From assembly GCA_017502865.1 (NCBI GenBank), contig JAFVUD010000005.1, forward strand, positions 208,007-272,006: a DNA stretch of 64,000 nucleotides, given 5' to 3'. The notes under the pieces were generated by a model. That model was not told the DNA's origin. It ran no database searches and saw nothing but the letters and a program-made list of their open reading frames with translations. Below, one piece after another: positions 53,803-61,956 of the stretch; the stretch's first letter is position 1; each line of letters starts with the position of its first letter. The translations under genes were made by a program, and so were the position numbers. This DNA comes from Alphaproteobacteria bacterium (GTDB lineage Bacteria; Pseudomonadota; Alphaproteobacteria; Rs-D84).

Positions 53803-54624
53803 TTATTTCAAAGCTTCCAAAATCTGATCTGCTGGAACTGCACCTGGGAATGCCTGTTCGTTCACGATCAAGAATGGTGTACCAGAAATATCGAATTCGC
53901 GTGCCATGTCACGAACGTTTTTCATTTCACGTGCGACAACTTCGCCCTTCATGTCTTTTTTCAGTGTTTCCACATCCAGACCAATTTCTTTTGCGAATTC
54001 CAGGACTTTCTTTTCAACTTTTTCACCCAATTTAGCCTGGTCTTTCATGTCATCACGTGAATAGTAATCACGTGTCATCAACATATCAACCAATGCGGAT
54101 GCTTTTTCTGGGTTCTGCAATTTTGCAGCGATTGTTGCCTTGGCTGGTGCATCAGACAATGGGCCATGGATAGAAAAGTTTTTGATAACAACACGAACAT
54201 CATCACGTTCGGCCATTACACGATCCAATTCACCATGTACACGACGGCAGTATGGGCATGAAAAGTCTGTCCAAACATAGATTGTGTTTTTGGCTTCTGC
54301 ATTACCCATAACTGGGGCATCTGCAATCAATGTGTCTGCGTTTGCACGAACATGTTTACGGATTTTTTTGTTCTTTTCCGCATTCTGCTGTTCCTGCATG
54401 CTTTCAACCATTTCCTGCAAGATTGCTGGGTTAACAGATGTCAAATAATATGGTGTGTACAAACGGCATACCGCACCCATCATCAACAAAACAGCAACCA
54501 ATTTGATTACTTTTTTGCCAATCATTGCACCTGATGTTGGCTTTTTAGCATCGACCTTGACCAGTTTACCACCGAACATGAACAATGCAATCGCCAGTAC
54601 TAATACTAAGATTGTCCAAATCAT
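53803..54624 (-). CDS. membrane-anchored DsbA-family thiol:disulfide oxidoreductase
   Basis: N-terminal TM helices and a thioredoxin fold with the active site DFSCPYCRR (CPYC). Confidence 0.85.
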   Translation of the reverse strand: MIWTILVLVLAIALFMFGGKLVKVDAKKPTSGAMIGKKVIKLVAVLLMMGAVCRLYTPYYLTSVNPAILQEMVESMQEQQNAEKNKKIRKHVRANADTLIADAPVMGNAEAKNTIYVWTDFSCPYCRRVHGELDRVMAERDDVRVVIKNFSIHGPLSDAPAKATIAAKLQNPEKASALVDMLMTRDYYSRDDMKDQAKLGEKVEKKVLEFAKEIGLDVETLKKDMKGEVVAREMKNVRDMAREFDISGTPFLIVNEQAFPGAVPADQILEALK

Positions 54625-54701
54625 GATTTTCTCCTTCTTCTGTTGAACGAATTCACAATAGCAAATTTTCAGAATTTCGCAAGAAATAAATCACTGCAAA
54701 T

Positions 54702-55370
54702 TTACATTAAATTTAACATTTTGCGACACATGGGCATATCTATACCTTGCTGAATACAAACACTGTCTAAAAATCGCCCTGTTGTATTCAAATTCAGCGG
54801 TAATTTGTACAACTTATTTATATATGGTGCGGCACATTCATCACAAACCGCCCGTCCCGTCTTGGGCGACAACCAATTCAAATTATGTGCCACCCCGCAT
54901 CCTGAACAGCGACTTAAATCCAACGCATACCCCAATTCACGCAGCAATTCTGTTTCCCATTTCAAATACGCCGATTCGTTTCCAGAATTCAATTCATTTA
55001 ACAAAACAACCGTATCTTCGTACAATGTGGCATAGCCTTCACGTTCTGGCAACAACGCCACCAACAATCCAAACGCAGCGTTCATTTCCGCCAATGCCCG
55101 TGGCCGCACCATCAACCCCGCCGCCAGATTTTTTTCCGCTTCCCAATGAAATGTTCCCAATTGCGAATCCAGCCGTGCATTCCAAGACACAGCCCCAACC
55201 TGGCCCACCAGTGGTTTATTCTTTTTGGCAACAACGGCACCCCGCATCACCCCGACCATCACCCCAAAATCCTGGGTAAATATCTGGGCAACCGCATCCC
55301 GTTCGTTCAGGGGCCGCATACCTATTAAAATTCCATATGATTCCAGTTTCATTTTCGCCTTGGCCCACAT
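54702..55370 (-). CDS. recO: DNA repair protein RecO
   Basis: OB-fold N-terminus (ILIGMRPLNERDAVAQIFTQDFG) and a C-terminal zinc motif CSGCG...CDEC. Confidence 0.88.
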   Translation of the reverse strand: MWAKAKMKLESYGILIGMRPLNERDAVAQIFTQDFGVMVGVMRGAVVAKKNKPLVGQVGAVSWNARLDSQLGTFHWEAEKNLAAGLMVRPRALAEMNAAFGLLVALLPEREGYATLYEDTVVLLNELNSGNESAYLKWETELLRELGYALDLSRCSGCGVAHNLNWLSPKTGRAVCDECAAPYINKLYKLPLNLNTTGRFLDSVCIQQGIDMPMCRKMLNLM

Positions 55371-55461
55371 TATATAACAAGCCCCTAAAAAATGGCAATT
55401 TTTTTTGGGTTTGCTTTTTGTTATAATATTGGTAACCTGTCACAGTCTAAAAAGGATTTTT

Positions 55462-56469
55462 ATGTCAGCAAAGACAAAACGCCTGGTCAAGAAAATTATT
55501 AGTTATTCTGGTATTTTCTTTTTTATCTTGGCCGCAGGAATGTTATGGTGGCAATTGCGTGATTACAGTTTATTGGATATCGCACACGCAATTCTGGACA
55601 TTCCATTTATAAACCTGGTTGCAGCATGCATTGCGTGCCTGTTGGGGTATTTAGCATTATCATTATACGATTACCTGGCACTGAATTATGTCGGCGGGCA
55701 TGTTTCATGGTGGAAATGGATGTTGGCCGGGATGTTGGGCTTTGCCATCAGCAATAACGCCGGCAACGCAATGGTCAGCGGTGGTGCAATAAGATATCGT
55801 CTGTACACCCGTTGGCGTATTCGTGGTGGCGACATATTAAAAATGTTAACCCTGTCGGGAATAACCTACTTTCTGGGGGCGGCCGCCATAGTAGTTATCG
55901 GGTATTTTCTGATTCCCCGTGCAGATTTAAGTGAATCTGCCGGCCTGACAATGGGTCTGGGATGGCTGTTCGGGATATGCGTCACATTATTGTTGGTATA
56001 TTTTGCATCAACATTCATTTTCAACAAAAAACATATCCAGATTGGGCAAATTAAATTCCAAATCCCAACCCCAAAAACTGCGTTTTTTCAATTAATTCTG
56101 GGTATCAGCGACAGCATCTTGGCCAGTTTGGTTTTATACTTCTGCCTGACCCCATTTGTGCAAATTCCATTTGGGACATTCATCGGCCTGTTCGTAGTTG
56201 CCCAGGCAACCGGCATTTTCAGCCAGGTCCCCGGCGGCATCGGCGTATTTGAAAGCATCTTTTTGGCCGCCCTGCCCGACACAATTGACAAAGCAAACAT
56301 ATTTGGTGCCCTGTTGGCATACCGTATAATCTATTACGTATTGCCATTAATTGGTGTTGGCAGTTTGTTCTTTATCTATGAACGCTGGTTGCGTGCCCGT
56401 ATGAAGCGTTGGGCCGCCGAAGCCAAGCAGATAATTAACAAAATTCCACTGCATAAATCAAAAAAATAA
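55462..56469 (+). CDS. UPF0104/LPG-synthase-TM (flippase-like) integral membrane protein
   Basis: AAAAGGA SD before ATG 55462. Multi-pass TM protein resembling the MprF N-terminal/AglD2-type domain. Confidence 0.65.
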   Translation: MSAKTKRLVKKIISYSGIFFFILAAGMLWWQLRDYSLLDIAHAILDIPFINLVAACIACLLGYLALSLYDYLALNYVGGHVSWWKWMLAGMLGFAISNNAGNAMVSGGAIRYRLYTRWRIRGGDILKMLTLSGITYFLGAAAIVVIGYFLIPRADLSESAGLTMGLGWLFGICVTLLLVYFASTFIFNKKHIQIGQIKFQIPTPKTAFFQLILGISDSILASLVLYFCLTPFVQIPFGTFIGLFVVAQATGIFSQVPGGIGVFESIFLAALPDTIDKANIFGALLAYRIIYYVLPLIGVGSLFFIYERWLRARMKRWAAEAKQIINKIPLHKSKK

Positions 56470-56676
56470 AATACCTTGCGAACGCTATATTGTCGTGCTA
56501 AAATTGCATTTGTGTATGACAATGGGGTTATGAATTGGTGTTTATTTTATCACTTCTTTCTATAATTCGCATGGCACTGATGGTTATCGTGGTGCAATCC
56601 CTTGGCATGGGCTTGGACGCCCCACGGGGACGGGTTATGGCCATTGCATATACCACCAACAAAAAAGGATTATTAA

Positions 56677-58473
56677 ATGTCAAAGAAAATCTATGTGGAT
56701 GCAGTCCACCCGGAAGAAACCCGTGTAGTAGTCGTAGATACCACTACCAATCGTGTTTCTGATTTTGACGTTGAAACAACGACAAAGCCTCAGATTAAAG
56801 GCAATATTTACCTGGCCAAGGTTATTCGTGTCGAACCTTCTTTACAGGCGGCATTTGTTGACTATGGTACTGGTAAAAATGGATTTTTGCCATTTTCTGA
56901 AATTCATCCGGACTATTATCAGGTAACCCCTGAACAAAAGAAAAAATTACTGGAATTGGCACACGCCAACATTGTTGACGACGACGACGATCCAAATGAC
57001 GAAGATGACGAAGTCGCCGAATACGATGATCACAGTGCTGGTGAAGACAACAAAGAATTCACCAAACGTGCACACGAATTCAAAATCCAGGACGTAATTA
57101 AACCAAAACAAATCCTGTTGATTCAGGGTGTCAAAGAAGAACGTGGCCAGAAAGGTGCATCGATGACAACATACTTGTCATTGGCGGGCCGTTTTGCCGT
57201 TTTGATGCCTAATTCCCGCAAACGCAACAGTTATGGCATTTCTAAAAAGATTTCTGATAAATCTGAACGTGCCCGTCTGCGTGAAATTTTGCACGACCTG
57301 AAAATACCTAAGGGTATGACCGTTGTTCTGCGTACAGCCGCCTTTGGTGCATCTGCCGCAGATATCGCCGGTGACTATGACTATCTGGTAAATCTGTGGA
57401 ACGAAATCCGCAAAACAACACTGGAATCTGTCGCACCGGTCACCATTCATACCGAAGATTCATTGTTACGCCGCGTCGTTCGCGATTTCTTAAGTGACAA
57501 AGAAGACACACTGGTTATCCAGGGTGAAGAAGCATACGATGCCGCAAAACAGTATTTCCAGCAAATGTATGGCCGTGCCCCACGCAAACAACTGGTCCAA
57601 TACAAAGACATCGCTGTTCCATTAATGGTCAAGGCTGGCGTTGAAAAACAACTAGAAGGTCTGCATGGCCCATACGTCCAATTGCCATCTGGCGGTTCAT
57701 TGGTTATCAACCAAACCGAAGCCATGGTGACAATCGACGTTAATTCGTCCCGTGCGATAAAAGAAAAAGATATCGAACAAACGGCATTAAATACCAACCT
57801 GGAAGCGGCCGAAGAAATTGCCCTGCAATTACGTCTGCGTGACCTGGCCGGTATTGTTGCTATTGACTTTATCGACATGGAAGAAGAAAAGAACAACCGC
57901 AAACTGGAATTAAAAATGCGCGAGGTTATGAAGCGTGACCGTGCCCGCACCCAGGTTGCAAAAATTAACAACTTTGGCGTATTAATGTTATCACGTCAAA
58001 GACTGCGCAGCAGCTTTATGGAATCATCATACGTCGCATGCCCACATTGTATGGGTGCCGGTGTTGTTCCATCTATCCAGACCGCTGCGATTATCTTGTT
58101 CCGTCATTTACAAGAAAAACTGTTGGCAAAATCTGCCCAGAAAATAATCATGACCGTTCCAACCGACGTTGCAGTTTATTTGTTAAACCACAAACGTGCC
58201 GAATTGGCGGAAATGGAATCAAAATTCGAAACAGAAATTGTCATTGTTGGCGATGACAGTTTGATGAATATTGACCAATATTCAATCCAACGTGTCGCCC
58301 CTGAACAGAACAAGACCGAAGATTTGCTGGGGGCATTCGCACCATCCACAGATGCTAAGCGTAAAAATGCCCAACACGTGGACGCAAAAAAGACAACTAT
58401 GTCCGCCCCACGTCGCAAACGCAAAAAACAACCCCAGAAAAAACAAAGTATCTGGAAAAAATTGGTTGGATAA
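56677..58473 (+). CDS. rne: ribonuclease E/G family endoribonuclease (short RNase E with an acidic insert in the S1 domain)
   Basis: KGNIYLAKVIRVEPSLQAAFVDYGTGKNGFLPFSEIHPDYY, then acidic insert DDDDDPNDEDDE, then ...MVTIDVNS...IVAIDFIDM...CPHCMGAG. 598 aa with a short Lys-rich tail and no long scaffold region. Confidence 0.88.
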   Translation: MSKKIYVDAVHPEETRVVVVDTTTNRVSDFDVETTTKPQIKGNIYLAKVIRVEPSLQAAFVDYGTGKNGFLPFSEIHPDYYQVTPEQKKKLLELAHANIVDDDDDPNDEDDEVAEYDDHSAGEDNKEFTKRAHEFKIQDVIKPKQILLIQGVKEERGQKGASMTTYLSLAGRFAVLMPNSRKRNSYGISKKISDKSERARLREILHDLKIPKGMTVVLRTAAFGASAADIAGDYDYLVNLWNEIRKTTLESVAPVTIHTEDSLLRRVVRDFLSDKEDTLVIQGEEAYDAAKQYFQQMYGRAPRKQLVQYKDIAVPLMVKAGVEKQLEGLHGPYVQLPSGGSLVINQTEAMVTIDVNSSRAIKEKDIEQTALNTNLEAAEEIALQLRLRDLAGIVAIDFIDMEEEKNNRKLELKMREVMKRDRARTQVAKINNFGVLMLSRQRLRSSFMESSYVACPHCMGAGVVPSIQTAAIILFRHLQEKLLAKSAQKIIMTVPTDVAVYLLNHKRAELAEMESKFETEIVIVGDDSLMNIDQYSIQRVAPEQNKTEDLLGAFAPSTDAKRKNAQHVDAKKTTMSAPRRKRKKQPQKKQSIWKKLVG

Positions 58474-58499
58474 AAAAAACGCCCATTCGGGCGTTTTTT
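58472..58499. terminator. bidirectional intrinsic terminator (rne / mscS)
   Basis: AAAAAAAACGCCC-ATTC-GGGCGTTTTTT, overlapping the mscS stop. Confidence 0.8.
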
Positions 58500-59343
58500 A
58501 TTTAACCAATCGCACATCCATCTGCGGGAATGGGAACGAAACCTTCTTCTTGGGCAATGTTTCATAAATCTGTTCAATCAATGCATTCTTGCTGCCATAT
58601 ACATCTGAATATTTCGACCAATACCGAACCGTCAATTCAACACCACTGTCCCCCAAATTGCTGATAAACACTTCTGGGGCCGGTGTCTGCATAACCCGCA
58701 CATCTTTGGCCAAAATATCCAAAATTACCTTGCGTGCAATATCTACACTATCTCCATATGAAATACTAAGTTGCAAATCACTGCGTCGAATTTCACCATC
58801 TGATAAATTTACAATTTCACCATTTGCCAATGCACCATTTGGCAAAAACACAACCTGATTATCAAAAGTATGTAATTCTGTTGTAAAAATCATAATCTTT
58901 TTGATAACACCTGTTTTTCCTGTGGCTGTTTCAATCGTATCCCCCACCTTGAACGGCTTAAACAGCAATATTACAATACCACCTGCAAAATTCTGTAATG
59001 TCCCCGACAGTGCCATCCCCACAGCCAAAGACGCAGCCCCTAAAACTGCAACAATCGATGTCATTTGAACACCAACTGTGGTCAAACAGATTACAACCAC
59101 AAACACTTTGAATAAAATATTCAAAAACGATAGCAAGAAAGACCTTAACGACGCTTCTAAATTACGTCTTTCCATGCCCCGTTTTATCACATTCATAAAA
59201 CGTTTTGTTAACCACAATCCAATCGACAAAATCGCCAAGGCAGCCAACAATTTTAATCCAAACGATACCGCCTTTTCCCCCAGTGTCGACAAAATCGCTT
59301 CTAAACTGCTAACTTCTATATCTAATTTTTCTGCAACATTCAT
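58498..59343 (-). CDS. mscS: small-conductance mechanosensitive channel
   Basis: SIVAVLGAASLAVGMALSGTLQNFAGGIVILLFKPFKVGDTIE (pore helix TM3 and beta domain). Confidence 0.9.
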   Translation of the reverse strand: MNVAEKLDIEVSSLEAILSTLGEKAVSFGLKLLAALAILSIGLWLTKRFMNVIKRGMERRNLEASLRSFLLSFLNILFKVFVVVICLTTVGVQMTSIVAVLGAASLAVGMALSGTLQNFAGGIVILLFKPFKVGDTIETATGKTGVIKKIMIFTTELHTFDNQVVFLPNGALANGEIVNLSDGEIRRSDLQLSISYGDSVDIARKVILDILAKDVRVMQTPAPEVFISNLGDSGVELTVRYWSKYSDVYGSKNALIEQIYETLPKKKVSFPFPQMDVRLVK

Positions 59344-59390
59344 ATTATTTTCCTTTTACTTAAACGGGCCCATCTGGGCCCGCATTTATC

Positions 59391-61928
59391 TTACAGTGGA
59401 ATATCTTCACATTTTTCGACCGGATCAGACGATGTACATTCCATTGTCTTGCTGGCCCCAATGCCCAAGAATCCACTTTTCTGTTTTACTTTACAACTTT
59501 GTGTAATTGTGCTGGTACAGAAATGGCAATTACGTGTTTCGCGGTTAAACATAGACCACACTTCACGGGTCGAGCCTCCACCTTCAAACTTGAACTTGTT
59601 CGAACCAAAGGATCCTGCCCCCAGATGAACACCTGCACTACCAAAGTCACCCGACATTTTACCAAATTCTGTCATAGACTTTCCACCAGCCATCAATTTA
59701 TCTGATGTCAGCCCAGCACCAACATCATACGAAATTGCATACGGTGGTGCCAATGGTGTATCAACTTCGGTATTTGTTGAACCCGACAATTCACCATTTG
59801 TTGCCGCCAATTTATGACACATATACTGTGCGATATCCGCAGATGCATCCTTGGATGCTTCAAACACAGCATCATTAAATTTCTTGTTATAATTATTCTG
59901 GGCCTGACGCAGGGCCGAAACCGCAATCTGCATCTTAACCTGGTTCAACAGATTTGGGAAACGTGCCTTGGTCTTTTGACCACGTTTACCAGTAATCTGG
60001 GACAAATCACGACCATTGACACAGAACTGAATTTCTGGGTCCTGTTCAATCATTTCAATTGTACGATTGATTGTACCAGTAATATTATTCAATTCTTCTT
60101 CGATTGTCGCAATAATCGAATCCTTGTTCGGGACATCTTTGTTCGTTTCACGAATCTTGGCCAAATATCCCTGAATTCCCAATTCACCCGGTCCCAGTTT
60201 GTATTCTTCACCGGCGGCATCAACATCCATTGTACGACCCGACGCATCACCCATTTTAATAGACCCAAATGAAATCATACCCGACACACGATAGATTGTG
60301 CCATCTTTCTGGGAACGCAACGACCCGGCCCCAATTGTATCATCGGCGGCAAATCTGTTGCAGTCTGTGGTACTGCCACAAACTTCTTCCATTTTGGCAT
60401 TGACCAGATTCTGGCACTGTTCCATGGCGGCATTATCAATATTCAAATACAGCCCCATCAGCATTGAATCCAAATCATCAATCGAGAAATTTGGGTTATT
60501 TGCCTTGCACACTACCAAACTGTCAACTGGGCAAATTTCATGGATATAGTCATAATCCATACCAATACAGTTTTCAAAGTTTTCACCACAACGTGTATCT
60601 GCGGTAAAGCAATCTTTTACTTCTTGGGTACAGGCATCGACACGCATCGCCGCCAATTTATCAACAACATACCCCCAAATCAGTGGTTCCATGCGTTCAC
60701 AGCGGTCAATTTCCACTTTACAGAAACTGCGTGCCATATCTGGACGTGATAAACACGCATCCATTGTATCAACACCCTTGCCGGCAATATCGTCTTTACA
60801 TGCTGTCTGGATACAGTCTGAAATATCTGTCAAACATGATTGACGCATCTTGGATTCTGCGTTTGCTTCGGCCATTTTGATTGTTGGGGCGGCTTCTCGC
60901 AAGAAATCTGGCCACACCATGTCACGCACCGCCATACATTGGTTCAAAACCTTTTCACAGATATTACGTTTTGATTCCAATATTTCCATTGTCGATGCCG
61001 TGATATCATATTTATCAACGGTTTTAACCTTGGTCCCTGCAGTGCTTGTGGCGGCCTGGTTCTGCATATTTTCAGACGCAATAATTGAAACACAGTTTCC
61101 CCAATCTTCGCCACAGGCATCTTCGGTCTGCATACACTTTTTAAATTCAACCATACATGTTCCACGGTCAAATTTATTGGCTTCGTTAAAACTGTCTTTT
61201 AATGCAGAACGCACTTCGGTTTCTGCATCCAACATAGCCACTTCTGCTTCACCAGATTTGGTTTCAATCAAATTTTCATACGCTTTGCAGTCTGACAAAA
61301 TTTGACGTGAATACATCTGCTTTAACAGATTCAAATCTTTTTCACACTTATCTGGAATCTGGGCCAAACAAACTTCCTGGGCGGCACTGTGCAATATATC
61401 GCCTGTCATATCTGCAATATCTGTCACAGCCCCTTCTTCATCATCTTCGTCATAGACATTTGAATCAAACAACGCCATTAAATCTTGACGTTTTTGTGTT
61501 TTTTCTTCATCTTCGGTATTTACATCAACCTTGATTACATTGCCATCTTTGTCGTATTTACGTTCCCCACCAAAGATAATATCTGCATCTGCCCCGGCCC
61601 TAACCTTTTCGACTTCAATTGTTTTGATACGTTCTGCCTCGACCAGGGTTTCTTTGATTTTTTCAAATTCTTGGTCCAGTGCAATGGATTTATCACTGCA
61701 CCCACAACTGCCACCGTTGGCATTATCTGTGATACAGAACTGGTCCATACATCCATAATATAAATCATAACATTCCTGGTCATACAGACCGGTTGTTTCT
61801 GCCTTGGTACGAACCTTGGTCCCCTTTTGCACTGCCGATTGTTTGGTTGTACGTGCCGCTGCTGCGAACGCATCAACATTATACGCACACAGACACAGCA
61901 CCGAACATAACGCAACCCATTTTTTCAT
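59391..61928 (-). CDS. giant Cys-rich secreted protein, CMDxFC family paralog 2 (845 aa)
   Basis: Signal peptide MKKWVALCSVLCLCAYNVDAFA. Signature CYDLYYGCMDQFCITDNANGGSCGCS. Collinear Cys blocks with paralogs 1 and 3. C-terminal box RNCHFC...CEDIPL. Confidence 0.75.
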   Translation of the reverse strand: MKKWVALCSVLCLCAYNVDAFAAAARTTKQSAVQKGTKVRTKAETTGLYDQECYDLYYGCMDQFCITDNANGGSCGCSDKSIALDQEFEKIKETLVEAERIKTIEVEKVRAGADADIIFGGERKYDKDGNVIKVDVNTEDEEKTQKRQDLMALFDSNVYDEDDEEGAVTDIADMTGDILHSAAQEVCLAQIPDKCEKDLNLLKQMYSRQILSDCKAYENLIETKSGEAEVAMLDAETEVRSALKDSFNEANKFDRGTCMVEFKKCMQTEDACGEDWGNCVSIIASENMQNQAATSTAGTKVKTVDKYDITASTMEILESKRNICEKVLNQCMAVRDMVWPDFLREAAPTIKMAEANAESKMRQSCLTDISDCIQTACKDDIAGKGVDTMDACLSRPDMARSFCKVEIDRCERMEPLIWGYVVDKLAAMRVDACTQEVKDCFTADTRCGENFENCIGMDYDYIHEICPVDSLVVCKANNPNFSIDDLDSMLMGLYLNIDNAAMEQCQNLVNAKMEEVCGSTTDCNRFAADDTIGAGSLRSQKDGTIYRVSGMISFGSIKMGDASGRTMDVDAAGEEYKLGPGELGIQGYLAKIRETNKDVPNKDSIIATIEEELNNITGTINRTIEMIEQDPEIQFCVNGRDLSQITGKRGQKTKARFPNLLNQVKMQIAVSALRQAQNNYNKKFNDAVFEASKDASADIAQYMCHKLAATNGELSGSTNTEVDTPLAPPYAISYDVGAGLTSDKLMAGGKSMTEFGKMSGDFGSAGVHLGAGSFGSNKFKFEGGGSTREVWSMFNRETRNCHFCTSTITQSCKVKQKSGFLGIGASKTMECTSSDPVEKCEDIPL

Positions 61929-61956
61929 AAGAAACCTCTCTCCGTTAAATATGAAC

